Positions 36,700 through 46,789 of a stretch of 64,000 nt of DNA are shown piece by piece. Below the pieces are notes generated by a model. The model did not search any database. It was given only the letters and a program-made list of their open reading frames with translations, and had not been told where the DNA came from. Positions within the stretch are counted from its first letter, which is position 1, and each line of letters starts with the position of its first letter. The position numbers and the translations under genes were made by a program. Origin of the DNA: Planctomycetota bacterium (GTDB taxonomy: Bacteria; Planctomycetota; GCA-002687715; CAIWVZ01); NCBI GenBank assembly GCA_044222185.1, contig JBGANV010000001.1, positions 960,001 through 1,024,000 of the forward strand, read 5' to 3'.

Positions 36700-38199
36700 T
36701 CAACCGCCCTCCGTGATCCGGAATCCGTCGGCGACGTCCCACGGGGTCGTGTGGACCGCCTCGCCGCGCTGCGTCGCGACCCTTCCATCGAAGCCGCCCA
36801 TGACCTGCGCCGCGACGGCGATCATCCACGCGTCGTCCGTGGCCGCGGGCGCCACCAGGGGATTCGTCGCCGCCGCGCGCTCGACCCACGTCGTGTCGTA
36901 CTGCGCCGACCGGAACGCCTCGGAGCCCAGCAGGTCGACGAGGTACGCGACGTTGTGCCCGATCCCGACGACGGCCGTCGCCTCGAGCGCGGCCTTCAAC
37001 CGAAGCCGGGCCTCTTCGCGGTCCGCGCCGTGGGCGATCACCTTGGCGAGCATGGGGTCGTAGAACGGCGTGATCTCCTGGCGCGACGTCACGCCGGTGT
37101 CCACGCGGATGCCCGGCCCGTCCGGCCACGCGACGAGGCGGACCGGCCCGACCTGCGGAAGGAACCCCGTGTAGGGATCCTCCGCATACACGCGCGCTTC
37201 GATCGCGTGGCCGTGGGGAACGATCTCGGAGGTCTTCAGCGAAAGCCGCTCGCCCGCCGCGATGCGGAGCTGCCACGCGACCAGGTCGAGGCCCGTGACG
37301 AGCTCCGTCACCGGGTGCTCCACCTGCAGCCTCGTGTTCATCTCCAGGAAGTAGAACGAGCCATCGGGAGCCAGCAGGAACTCGCACGTTCCCGCGTTGT
37401 AGTACGACACGGCGCGCGCGATCCGCTCCGCCGCGTCGAGGAGTCGTGCCCTCACGGTGGGCGTGACCGCCGGTGACGGGCACTCCTCGATGATCTTCTG
37501 GTGCCTGCGTTGCAGCGTACAGTCCCGCTCGAGCAGGGCGACCACGTTGCCGTGCTTGTCTCCGAGGAGCTGCACCTCGACGTGGCGCGCGCCCTCGACG
37601 TATTTCTCGAGGATCAGGGCGGAGCTGCCGAAGGCGGACTCGGCCTCGCGACGGGCTCCCGCGATCGCATCCTTCAACTGGTCGGGACGATCGACCCGGC
37701 GCATCCCCTTCCCGCCGCCGCCGGCCGCCGCCTTCACCAGAAGGGGGAACCCGATTCCCGCGGCCGCGCGCTCGAGTTCCGCGTCGGTTCCACCGTTGTG
37801 CCCCGGAGTCGCGCCGACGCCGGCCTTCGCGGCGGTGATGCGAGCACGCGACTTGTCGCCGATGGACTCGATCGACTCGGGGGACGGCCCGATGAACGTC
37901 ACGCCGGCCGCGTGGCACGCGCGGGCAAACTCGGCGTTCTCCGAGAGGAAGCCGTAGCCCGGGTGGATCGCGTCGCTGCTGGTTGCACGCGCCACGTCGA
38001 GGATCTTCGCGCCGTCGAGGTAGGACTTGCGGGCCTCGGCCGGTCCGATGTGCACCGCCATGTCCGCCTCGCGGACGTAGGGCGATCCAGCATCCGCGTC
38101 CGAGTACACCGCGACCGAGTCGATTCCGTGGACGCGCAGCGTCCGGATGATCCGCCTGGAGATCTCTCCGCGGTTGGCGATGAGCACACGACGGAACAT
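36700..38199 (-). CDS. liuD: Biotin carboxylase subunit of 3-methylcrotonyl-CoA carboxylase
   Basis: LIANRGEI, HPGYGFLSEN, GGGGKGMR, EMNTRLQVEH. Confidence 0.9.
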   Translation of the reverse strand: MFRRVLIANRGEISRRIIRTLRVHGIDSVAVYSDADAGSPYVREADMAVHIGPAEARKSYLDGAKILDVARATSSDAIHPGYGFLSENAEFARACHAAGVTFIGPSPESIESIGDKSRARITAAKAGVGATPGHNGGTDAELERAAAGIGFPLLVKAAAGGGGKGMRRVDRPDQLKDAIAGARREAESAFGSSALILEKYVEGARHVEVQLLGDKHGNVVALLERDCTLQRRHQKIIEECPSPAVTPTVRARLLDAAERIARAVSYYNAGTCEFLLAPDGSFYFLEMNTRLQVEHPVTELVTGLDLVAWQLRIAAGERLSLKTSEIVPHGHAIEARVYAEDPYTGFLPQVGPVRLVAWPDGPGIRVDTGVTSRQEITPFYDPMLAKVIAHGADREEARLRLKAALEATAVVGIGHNVAYLVDLLGSEAFRSAQYDTTWVERAAATNPLVAPAATDDAWMIAVAAQVMGGFDGRVATQRGEAVHTTPWDVADGFRITEGG

Positions 38200-39011
38200 C
38201 AGGTCTGACCTCCGTCCACGGGAGTCACCCACCGCGCCGGACGTTTCTCGAGGAAGGCCGATAGTCCCTCGCGAGCCTCGTCCGTCGCGCGAACCCGGGC
38301 GATCGTCTGCGCCAGATGTGAAGCGATCGCTGGATCGCGACGATCGGTCAGGTAGTCGACGATTCGGCGCGACTCGCGGACGGCCTCGGGGCCCACGGAG
38401 AGCAGCTGCGTGACGATCGCGAGCGCTCGCGAACCGGCCTGACCGGCGGGCGCGACCTCCGAGACCAGTCCGATCGCCTGCGCCCGCGCGGCGTCGAAGA
38501 TCTCGCCCGTCGCGAAGTACCGCCGCGCGTTTCGGACGCCGATCGCCGGCAGCGCAAATTGCGAAATCACGGCTGGGACGATCCCGAGGCGGACCTCCGT
38601 GAATCCGAACTTGCAACCTTCCTCGGCGACCGAGACGTCGGCCGCCGCCACGAGGCCGGCCCCACCTCCGAGCGCAGCTCCGTGGGCTACGCAGATCGTG
38701 GGACAGGGAAACGATGCGAGCGTCGCAAAGAGCTCGGACAACCTCCGCGCGTCGGCCTCGTTCTCGGCGGGCGTGGCCGTGCCGAGCCTCCGCATCCAGT
38801 TGATGTCGGCGCCGGCGCAGAACACCGGCCCCTCGCCCTCGACGACGAGGGCGCGAAGCGACCGGTCGCTGGCGCGTTCGCGCAGTGCCGCAGTCAGCTC
38901 TGCGATCGTGCGGTCGTCGAACGCGTTCCGCACGTCGGGGCGCGAGAGCACGACTTTCGACCACCCTGGCTTGACCTCGACTCGGATGTTGCGTGGTTCG
39001 GGCTGTGGCAT
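38199..39011 (-). CDS. liuC: Methylglutaconyl-CoA hydratase (enoyl-CoA hydratase family)
   Basis: RPDVRNAF, FCAGAD, GGGAGL, EVRLG; located in the liu operon. Confidence 0.88.
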   Translation of the reverse strand: MPQPEPRNIRVEVKPGWSKVVLSRPDVRNAFDDRTIAELTAALRERASDRSLRALVVEGEGPVFCAGADINWMRRLGTATPAENEADARRLSELFATLASFPCPTICVAHGAALGGGAGLVAAADVSVAEEGCKFGFTEVRLGIVPAVISQFALPAIGVRNARRYFATGEIFDAARAQAIGLVSEVAPAGQAGSRALAIVTQLLSVGPEAVRESRRIVDYLTDRRDPAIASHLAQTIARVRATDEAREGLSAFLEKRPARWVTPVDGGQT

Positions 39012-39012
39012 T

Positions 39013-40620
39013 TCACATCCTGAACACGGGGAACGTCGTCGTCGGAATGGGGCGCTCGAGCGCGGCCGCGAGCGCGAGTCCGAGCACTCGGCGCGTGTCA
39101 CGGGGCGCGATCACACCGTCGTCCCAGATCCGTGCGGTGCTGTAATAGGGGTTTCCTTCGGCCTCGTACTTCGCGAGGATCGGCTCCCGGATGGCCGTCG
39201 CGTCCGCCTCGGAGAGTTGTTTGCCCTCGGCGCGCATCTGGTCCTGTTTCACGGTGACCAGGACGGAAGCGGCCTGTTCCCCGCCCATGACCGAGATCCG
39301 CGCGTTCGGCCACATGAACAGGAAACGCGGGTCGTAAGCGCGACCGCACATCCCGTAGTTTCCCGCCCCGAAACTCCCGCCGATGATGAGCGTGATCTTG
39401 GGAACGTCCGTTCCCGCGACGGCCTGTACGAGCTTGGCCCCGTCACGCGCGATCCCACCGTTCTCGTACTGACGTCCCACCATGAAGCCAGTGATGTTCT
39501 GGAGGAACAGCAACGGGATCCGCCGCTGCGAGCACAGCTCGACGAAGTGCGCGCCCTTCAGCGCCGACTCCGAGAAGAGGATGCCGTTGTTCGCGACGAT
39601 GCCGACGTCGTACCCGTGGAGCTGGGCGAAGCCCGTGACGAGCGTCGTCCCGTAGAGCGACTTGAACTCGTGAAAGCGGCTCCCGTCCACGATCCGCGCG
39701 ATGATTTCACGCACGTCGTAAGGAATGCGTGTCGACGCCGGGACCACGCCGCCCAGTTCGTCCGTCGGGTGGATCGGCTCGTCTGCATCGCCGGCGGGAG
39801 GAACCGGCGTGGCATGCCAGCCGAGGTGGCGAACCATCTCGCGCGCCATCTCCAGCCCCTCGATCTCGGTCTCGGCGTAGTGATCCGTCACGCCCGACTT
39901 CCGGCAGTGGACGTCGGCACCGCCGAGGTCCTCTGCCGAAACCTCTTCCCCGGTCGCCGCCTTCACGAGCGGCGGGCCTCCGAGAAAGATCGTTCCGTTG
40001 CGCTTCACGATGACCGACTCGTCGGACATGGCGGGCACGTACGCGCCGCCGGCCGTACACGAACCGAGGACGACCGCGAGCTGCGGCAACCCATTGCGCG
40101 AGAGCCTGGCCTGGTTGAAGAAGATGCGCCCGAAGTGTTCGCGATCGGGAAACACGTCGGCCTGAAGCGGAAGGAACGCTCCACCCGAGTCGACGAGGTA
40201 GAGGCACGGGAGGCCGTTCTGGAGCGCGATCTCCTGAGCCCGGACGTGCTTCTTGACCGTCATCGGGTAGTAGGTCCCACCCTTCACCGTGGCGTCGTTG
40301 GCCACGATCATCATCGTGCGGCCGGCGATCCGGCCGATCCCCGTGATCACGCCTGCGGAAGGGACTTCGTTGTCGTAGAGCCCCCACGCCGCGAGCGGAG
40401 AGAGCTCGAGAAACGGCGACCCCGGATCGACGATCCGGTCGATGCGTTCGCGTGGAAGCAACTTGCCGCGCTCACGGTGTTTCTCCACGGCTTTCGTGGG
40501 ACCACCGCGACTGACCTCGGCGAGCCGCGACCTCAGCTCGTCCTCGAGCTGGCCGTACCGCGCGAGATTCTCTCGGAACTCCGGAGAACTCGGATCGAGT
40601 CGGGAACGAAGGGTTTCCAT
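39013..40620 (-). CDS. liuB: 3-methylcrotonyl-CoA carboxylase beta (carboxyltransferase)
   Basis: [35 protein letters not shown] end. Confidence 0.95.
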   Translation of the reverse strand: METLRSRLDPSSPEFRENLARYGQLEDELRSRLAEVSRGGPTKAVEKHRERGKLLPRERIDRIVDPGSPFLELSPLAAWGLYDNEVPSAGVITGIGRIAGRTMMIVANDATVKGGTYYPMTVKKHVRAQEIALQNGLPCLYLVDSGGAFLPLQADVFPDREHFGRIFFNQARLSRNGLPQLAVVLGSCTAGGAYVPAMSDESVIVKRNGTIFLGGPPLVKAATGEEVSAEDLGGADVHCRKSGVTDHYAETEIEGLEMAREMVRHLGWHATPVPPAGDADEPIHPTDELGGVVPASTRIPYDVREIIARIVDGSRFHEFKSLYGTTLVTGFAQLHGYDVGIVANNGILFSESALKGAHFVELCSQRRIPLLFLQNITGFMVGRQYENGGIARDGAKLVQAVAGTDVPKITLIIGGSFGAGNYGMCGRAYDPRFLFMWPNARISVMGGEQAASVLVTVKQDQMRAEGKQLSEADATAIREPILAKYEAEGNPYYSTARIWDDGVIAPRDTRRVLGLALAAALERPIPTTTFPVFRM

Positions 40621-40677
40621 CGAAAGGTCTCGGAGGGTGTGCGGAGGCTCACCCGATGTCGGCCACCTGCGCGTGCC

Positions 40678-41469
40678 TCAGGGCGAGTCGCCGAATCCGA
40701 GGATCTGGTACGAGCCGCTCTTCTTCTCGCGTTCGAGCTTGACGATGCCGTGACGTTGGGCGTCTTCGAGGAGAGCCGTGAAGGTGCGATAGCCGTAGTA
40801 GGTCTCGTCGAACTGGGGCCGCTTGCGCTTGATCGTCTGCTTGAGCATCGACGCCCAGATCATCTCCTTGTTCTCGCGCAAAAGGCCCAGGAGTCCGTCT
40901 GCGACGATGCCGAAGACTTCGCGCTGCTTCTTGCCGACTTCGCTATCGCGCGTGCCCGGCGGAGGCTCGACGACCTGGCTCTGCTGCCGAACGAGGTCGT
41001 CGTAGAAGATGAACTCGTCGCAGTTGTCGATCAGGAGCTCCGATGACGCGGCCTTGATGCCGCAGCCGATCACCGTCTTGTTGTTTTCCTTGAGCTTGGA
41101 CACCAGCGGAGAGAAGTCCGAGTCGCCGGTGACGAGAGCGAACGTATCGATGTGGTCCTTGGACGTCGCGAGGTCCATGACGTCGACGACCATGCGAATG
41201 TCCGCGCTGTTCTTCCCGGAGATGTTCTTCTTGGGGATCTCGATGAGCTCGATCGCCGCTTCGTGGAATTGCTGGCGGTAGTCGCGGTAGCGCGTCCAGT
41301 CGCAGTACGCCTTCTTGACGATGATGCGCCCCTTCTCCAGCAGTCGTTCCAGCACGAGCTGGATGTTGAACTTGTGAGCAGGTGACTGCTTGATGCCGAG
41401 GGCCAGGTTCTCGAAGTCGATGAACAAGGCGATCAGTTTTTCGGCCGTGCGTTCGTTCGCAGAGGACAT
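40678..41469 (-). CDS. NYN (LabA/DUF88) domain protein with C-terminal OST-HTH/LOTUS
   Basis: FIDFEN, GKNSADI, GDSDF, FDETYYGYRTF. Confidence 0.9.
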   Translation of the reverse strand: MSSANERTAEKLIALFIDFENLALGIKQSPAHKFNIQLVLERLLEKGRIIVKKAYCDWTRYRDYRQQFHEAAIELIEIPKKNISGKNSADIRMVVDVMDLATSKDHIDTFALVTGDSDFSPLVSKLKENNKTVIGCGIKAASSELLIDNCDEFIFYDDLVRQQSQVVEPPPGTRDSEVGKKQREVFGIVADGLLGLLRENKEMIWASMLKQTIKRKRPQFDETYYGYRTFTALLEDAQRHGIVKLEREKKSGSYQILGFGDSP

Positions 41470-41533
41470 CACCTCTCCCGGGCTGGCTCAGGACGCGGGG
41501 GCCGCGTGTGCGGACCCCCGCTCGTGCGGTCGT

Positions 41534-42151
41534 TCAGAACGCGACTTTCACGATGCGCTTCTGATCCGGATCCGCGATCCAGAAGTGCTTGCCGTCCTGG
41601 CAGATCCCCATGGGCTTCCCGCCCACGTTGTAGGACACGAGGATCGACCCCGTCGGGATGTGCATCTTGTGGACGAGTCCCGCGGCGGGCTCGGTGAAGA
41701 AGAGGTGCTTGTCGAGGGCGACGAGACCACACACCTCGGGCTTCGACGGATAGGCGCGGATGAAACTGCCGTCCGCCTGCTTCACCTTGCGGAGCTGTCC
41801 GAGCCGCGAGAGCGAGTACCAGATCGCATCGCCTTCGCAGGAGACGCCGGCCACATCACCCGTCGGGTGCTCGACCTTCAGCGCTTTGACGATCTCGCCG
41901 GTTTCCGGATCGATCTGGGAGATCGTGCGGGACGTTTGATCGGCCTGCCAGACGTGCTTGCCGTCCCACCCGCAACCCGAAAGCTCGCCGTCGAAAGCGA
42001 TGCTGAAGAGCACGTGGCCTCCGTTCGGATCGACGCGGAAGATCTTGCGATCCTTGCGATCCGAGATCCAAAGACCCTCGCCGTCGAAGGCGAGTCCGAC
42101 CGGTGCGGGACCGGGTGCTGGGAACTGTGCGATGATCGTGCCGTCTGCCAT
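41534..42151 (-). CDS. Small beta-propeller repeat protein
   Basis: Repeats of 'GLAFDG..LWISD', 'GWDGKHVWQAD', 'QDGKHFWIAD'. Confidence 0.7.
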   Translation of the reverse strand: MADGTIIAQFPAPGPAPVGLAFDGEGLWISDRKDRKIFRVDPNGGHVLFSIAFDGELSGCGWDGKHVWQADQTSRTISQIDPETGEIVKALKVEHPTGDVAGVSCEGDAIWYSLSRLGQLRKVKQADGSFIRAYPSKPEVCGLVALDKHLFFTEPAAGLVHKMHIPTGSILVSYNVGGKPMGICQDGKHFWIADPDQKRIVKVAF

Positions 42152-42281
42152 TCAATCTCCACCCTGTGCGCGCCTTTCGACAGCTTATGGGAGGCCGCTC
42201 GAGCGGCGGCGCGCGTTCCGGAACGACCCCCCGGTTGAAGGTGGCGATGGTAGCAGCGAGTGGCAGCGACGGTAGATCGGC

Positions 42282-43184
42282 TCAGAAGCGGAGGAACGAG
42301 AGGAAGGCCTCCAATCGTCGGTCGATCTGTGCCCGGTCGATCTGCAGGAGGCGGTCCAGGCTGAAGGCTTCGACGGTGAACGAGGCGACGACCGTGCCGT
42401 AGGCCATCGCCAGTTTCAGGTTGGGCCAGGAAAGGTCCCCGGATTGGGCCAGGTATCCCATGAATCCCGCAGCAAACGTGTCGCCTGCACCCGTCGGGTC
42501 GTGGACCTCCTCCAAGGGGTAGGCGGGAAGGGCGAAGAAGGTCCCGTCATGGAGCAGCATCGACCCGTGCTCGCCTTTCTTCACCACGACCGTTCGGACA
42601 CCCCATCCGGCGATGGTGTTCATGGCTCGGACGAGGTTGTGTTCCTTCGCGAGGGCGCGGGCCTCCTCGTCGTTCATCACGACGCCGTCGACCTTCTTGA
42701 AGGCCTCGAGCAGTTTCTCGCGGGCGTGCTCGATCCAGAGGTTCATCGTGTCGAGGAGGACGAACTTCCGTGCCGTGAGTTGGTCGGCGACGAAGCTCTG
42801 CGTGACCGGGTCGCCGTTGGCGAGGAAGACGAAGGGCTGCTTGCGATGCGCCGGGGCCAGATCGGGGCGAAAGTTCCCCAGCACGTTCAAATCCGTGCGC
42901 CGCGTCCGGGCCGAGTCCATGCGACCGACGTATTCTCCCGACCACCGGAAGGTCTTCGCCCCTGCGCGATGCTCCAAGCCCGAGACGTCGATCCCCTTCT
43001 TGCGGAAGAGTGCCACGTGTTCCGCCGGGAAGTCGTCGCCGACGACGCCGACGAGGCTCACGGGTGTGAAGAACGAAGCGGCGCAGGAGAAGTAGCTCGC
43101 TGCCCCGCCCAGGATGTTGTCACGATCACCGAACGGTGTCGTCACCGAGTCCAACGCGATCGATCCGACGACGAGCAGAGACAT
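42282..43184 (-). CDS. PfkB-family carbohydrate/nucleoside kinase
   Basis: GGAASY, NDEEA, DPTGAGDTF. Confidence 0.92.
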   Translation of the reverse strand: MSLLVVGSIALDSVTTPFGDRDNILGGAASYFSCAASFFTPVSLVGVVGDDFPAEHVALFRKKGIDVSGLEHRAGAKTFRWSGEYVGRMDSARTRRTDLNVLGNFRPDLAPAHRKQPFVFLANGDPVTQSFVADQLTARKFVLLDTMNLWIEHAREKLLEAFKKVDGVVMNDEEARALAKEHNLVRAMNTIAGWGVRTVVVKKGEHGSMLLHDGTFFALPAYPLEEVHDPTGAGDTFAAGFMGYLAQSGDLSWPNLKLAMAYGTVVASFTVEAFSLDRLLQIDRAQIDRRLEAFLSFLRF

Positions 43185-43214
43185 GGTCGCTCCGGTTGGG
43201 TTTCCTGATCGTGT

Positions 43215-44585
43215 TCAGCGCCCGGTGGTCGCCGGCACGACGTCAGTCGCATCCGGCTCCTCGCTCTCATGCACCGCGTCCATGACGTTGTGGCGATGGG
43301 TGAAGAAGAACACGCCACCGAGCAGGCTCCACACGAGCATTGCCGTGCGCTGCACGACCGAAAGTGCGATGGATAGGTCGATGTTCCAGATGCCGACGGC
43401 GCGGAAGAAGTACGCGAACGCCGCCTCGCCTACGCCCCACCCGCCGGGAAGCAGCGGGATCGAGGAGATGATCATCGTCACCGGCACCGTGGCGAGGTAG
43501 GCCACGAGCGAATTCCCTTCCAGCCCGGCGCGCTGGTCGAGTCCGATCGCGAGGCCGAACAGGTACACGGCGCCGATGTTCCCGCAGTGCGACACGATGG
43601 AAATCAGCGTCGCCTTCCAGACCACGCCGATCTGCGAGCGGTACATGAAGAAGGCGTTGTCCAGCTTCCGCGCGATCCCCGCTCCGGGGAGCTTCTTCAT
43701 GAGCACGTCGAGCCTGATCGCCCGACGCACTCGGCGAGAGAAGAACAGGACGAGGCCGGCCACCGCCGCGCCGAGGAAGCCGAAGATGCCGAATGCCGCC
43801 TCGTGGAACCGGTCGAAGTTGAACACGAGCACGACCGCGGACATCGCTGCGAGCACGACGATGCCGAGGACACGATCCACGATCACCGTGCCCACGGCCG
43901 CCGGGCGCTGCTCGGGGTGGTCGCGGGCGATCATCACGGCCTTCACGATGTCGCCGCCGGTCAGACCGGGCATGACGTTGTTGAAGAAGACGCCGATGAA
44001 CGTGAGCCGGAATGCCCTCCCGAACTGTCCCGCCAGACCTTGTGCCTTGAGCAGCCACGTCCACCGCAGCACGCCCGTCGCATAGGCCATCGCCATGCAG
44101 AGGAACGCACCGATCGTGTAGAGGGGTTGGTCGTCCAGGCGACCGAAGATCGAGGCGAGCCCGAACTTGGCGTTCAGCACGACGCGGCGCGGGTCCTTCT
44201 CGTCGGCGCGCGGAACGACGTCCTCCAGTCGGAACTGGCGCTCCGCTCCGGAGGCGTCCACGAGCGTCACCTTGCCGGTGAACGTCACGCTGTCGCCGTG
44301 CCACTGCGCGTCGTCCTTGCGTTGCTCACCGCGAGTCTCGACGACGAAGCGCGCGCCGTCCTTTCGAACGAGGCAGCGCTCGAAGGGCGCGCGGCGTTCG
44401 ACGGCACCATCCTTCACGAGGACGTCGCCTGCAATCTGGAGCTTCCTGCCCGTGTAGGTCTGGTTCCCCGTCGGGGTGCGGATCTCGACCGTGTCGTCCA
44501 ACGTCAGCTGCTGGGCGATGAACCAGACGACACCGACTCCCAGCACGAGCTTGAGGATCGTTGTGAGGTGCGTCTTCGATTTCAC
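43215..44585 (-). CDS. Lysylphosphatidylglycerol synthase TM / flippase-like (UPF0104) protein with a soluble insertion
   Basis: RW..LL, FFNNVMPGLTGGD, DR..G, PGGWGVGE motifs. Confidence 0.85.
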   Translation of the reverse strand: MKSKTHLTTILKLVLGVGVVWFIAQQLTLDDTVEIRTPTGNQTYTGRKLQIAGDVLVKDGAVERRAPFERCLVRKDGARFVVETRGEQRKDDAQWHGDSVTFTGKVTLVDASGAERQFRLEDVVPRADEKDPRRVVLNAKFGLASIFGRLDDQPLYTIGAFLCMAMAYATGVLRWTWLLKAQGLAGQFGRAFRLTFIGVFFNNVMPGLTGGDIVKAVMIARDHPEQRPAAVGTVIVDRVLGIVVLAAMSAVVLVFNFDRFHEAAFGIFGFLGAAVAGLVLFFSRRVRRAIRLDVLMKKLPGAGIARKLDNAFFMYRSQIGVVWKATLISIVSHCGNIGAVYLFGLAIGLDQRAGLEGNSLVAYLATVPVTMIISSIPLLPGGWGVGEAAFAYFFRAVGIWNIDLSIALSVVQRTAMLVWSLLGGVFFFTHRHNVMDAVHESEEPDATDVVPATTGR

Positions 44586-45169
44586 GATCGGTCCCCGTCG
44601 TGTGCCGGGGCCACTTTCGAGATCGCATCGGCAATCGACTCCAGCTCGCGGTCCAGATCCGCCAGGAGTCCGTCTGCGAAGGTTCGGACATCCAGCTTCA
44701 GGTCCTCAAGCCCGATCGCCGGAACCGGCGTTCCGGTCGAATCGATGTTGACACCCAGGTGAATCAGCATGGAGACCGGAGAAACCGTCGCGATCGAGAC
44801 ATTCAGCTTCCTATCAGCAACGAAGACGTCGTCGCCGCGCCGGCGGACGTCGGAAACTCCGCCGGCCCGGATGCGGTCCGCGAGGAGCCCCGTGAGCAGG
44901 CGCTGGATGAGCACCGCGCGCGTGAGGTCCCGATCGAAGCGCTCGACGATGACATGCAGCATGTCCCGGGAGTAAATGAACAGCCCGCGCTCACGATCGG
45001 CGAGATCCACGAGTGATGAGCCGCGCACGTTCGCTTCACCGCGAAACGCCACGGCTGCGTCCGACCGAACGCCAAAGCGTGACCGGAGGAAATGGGGGCG
45101 CAGCTGCGTGCCGTCGTAGTCCTGTCGTGGCTCGAGGACGACGCGGCATTCGAGTCGTCTCAGGGCCAA
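44582..45169 (-). CDS. DUF366 family protein (biotin/lipoate ligase-like fold)
   Basis: YDGTQL, MLHVIVE, RRGDD, KLNVSIAT, HLGVN; start uncertain. Confidence 0.75.
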   Translation of the reverse strand: MALRRLECRVVLEPRQDYDGTQLRPHFLRSRFGVRSDAAVAFRGEANVRGSSLVDLADRERGLFIYSRDMLHVIVERFDRDLTRAVLIQRLLTGLLADRIRAGGVSDVRRRGDDVFVADRKLNVSIATVSPVSMLIHLGVNIDSTGTPVPAIGLEDLKLDVRTFADGLLADLDRELESIADAISKVAPAHDGDRS

Positions 45170-46263
45170 CGTCTCTTCCCCGTCTTGTCCCACCACAACT
45201 CCCATGCCGGGGCGTCGGCACCGAAGTCCTCCGACGTCATGGCGACGAGCGCACGTTGCGCGGATTCCTTGACGATGGGCTCGTCGTCCGAGAGCTGGTT
45301 GATGATGAGCAGGATGACGTCGCGGCGCGGGTACTGGGCCATCGCACCGATGATGCGCGACCGGGCGATGGCATCCCGCTCGCGAGCGAGCCCGAACGCC
45401 AGCGCGTCGGCGAAAGCCGGATCGTTGACCCGGGCGGCGGCCAGGGCGCCGGCTCCGCGGACCTCCGGTGACCCACGGCGGAGCGCCTCCGAGATTCCCA
45501 GCACGACGACCTGGCGCGACAACCTCAGGATCGTGGTCCGCTGGAGGTCACGCAGCTCCGGGGCATCGAACAGAACCGCCTGGAGTCCGAAGAACAACAG
45601 CACGGCGCGAGCGGACCCCAGGTTCGCGAACTGGCACTTCGACAGGATCTGGAACGGTTCGGTGGCATCGCGTGCCGCCGCCGCCTTCGTCTCCGGCCCG
45701 TGGACCTTCCACCACTCCTCCCAGGCCTTGGGGTCGCGGCCCAGGTCCTCGCCCGTCGCCACTCGAAGCTGCTCGAGTGCGCGCTCGACGACGGCGCGAT
45801 CCGCGTTCGCCAGCGCCGGGATCAGCGTGGTTTCGATCGTCAGGCGATCGAGGAGTTTGGCCAGCCTGTCGACCTGTTGTCCGGCGAGTTGGTTCGTCTC
45901 CTTCGAGTTCGTGTATTCGAAGGGCTCATCCACGGGCGGGATCGGATAACGCTCCGCCATGTGTGCGAGGAGCAGCGCGGACTGCGATTGGCAGAGTGGG
46001 ACCGTGTCCTTCTCGATCCCGACGATGTAACCCGCGTAGGCGACCGACCGGGCCATCTGCGACAACGTCATGGTGTCCTGGTCGGTCAGGCCACCCAGCG
46101 CTTCGTGAACGAGTTGGCCGGCGTCGTAGACCTCGGGCCGGAGCTTCTTCTCCTCACGGTCGTAGACCGATCCCAAGTCGTTGAGATAGTCTTCCGTGTC
46201 CCGGCAACCGCCGAGCAGGAACAGCCCGGCGAGCACTAGGACGAAGGCGCGACCGCGGAGCAT
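45160..46263 (-). CDS. HEAT-repeat lipoprotein
   Basis: Lipobox LGGC, HEAT-like repeats, 'TGEDLG...WEEWW' motifs. Confidence 0.75.
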   Translation of the reverse strand: MLRGRAFVLVLAGLFLLGGCRDTEDYLNDLGSVYDREEKKLRPEVYDAGQLVHEALGGLTDQDTMTLSQMARSVAYAGYIVGIEKDTVPLCQSQSALLLAHMAERYPIPPVDEPFEYTNSKETNQLAGQQVDRLAKLLDRLTIETTLIPALANADRAVVERALEQLRVATGEDLGRDPKAWEEWWKVHGPETKAAAARDATEPFQILSKCQFANLGSARAVLLFFGLQAVLFDAPELRDLQRTTILRLSRQVVVLGISEALRRGSPEVRGAGALAAARVNDPAFADALAFGLARERDAIARSRIIGAMAQYPRRDVILLIINQLSDDEPIVKESAQRALVAMTSEDFGADAPAWELWWDKTGKRRWP

Positions 46264-46312
46264 GACCTCGCCAATCTTCACGGCGCGGAATCTAACCCCA
46301 GTCCCCAAAAGG

Positions 46313-46717
46313 TCAATCGACGCGGGGCCCAAGGAACGGACCAAGCCGCGGTGGCGCCAGCAGGGGTGGCCGCACCGCGTCCCGCGCCTCGCGCGTGCGT
46401 GCTCGCAGCAGCTCGTCGAAATAGTCGGCGAATGCGTCGGCGAACGCCTCGCAGTTCACCCCTCGATACGTCGCGGGAAGGACCGCGAGTTTGGCGAGCG
46501 TGGCCCGAGCCAGCTGGGACGCGCCGGCCTGGTTCGAGCCATGGAAGTGGTGCAGTGCGACGCTCGCCTGGATCAGCGCCTGGATGAAGAGCCGATCCTC
46601 GCCTTCCAGGTGATGCCAGATCTCCTCCCAGGTCTCGTGGGCATCGAAGTAACGCCGCGCGTCGAACTCGTCGGCGCCACGGCGCAGCATCACGTCCAGG
46701 GATTCAGGGCCGGTCAT
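46313..46717 (-). CDS. DUF309 domain protein
   Basis: YFDAHETWEEIW...QALIQ..VALHH. Confidence 0.85.
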   Translation of the reverse strand: MTGPESLDVMLRRGADEFDARRYFDAHETWEEIWHHLEGEDRLFIQALIQASVALHHFHGSNQAGASQLARATLAKLAVLPATYRGVNCEAFADAFADYFDELLRARTREARDAVRPPLLAPPRLGPFLGPRVD

Positions 46718-46789
46718 GGGAAATGAAGGCGGGGTGGCATGCAGCCTACCGCATGCCACCCCGCCACGCCTCGCTCGCGTCGTCGCCGA

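Noticed and set aside
36188-38199. Frameshift pseudogene interpretation of the split MCC alpha
   Set aside because: The break falls between domains, and the second ORF has its own SD and ATG right after the stop
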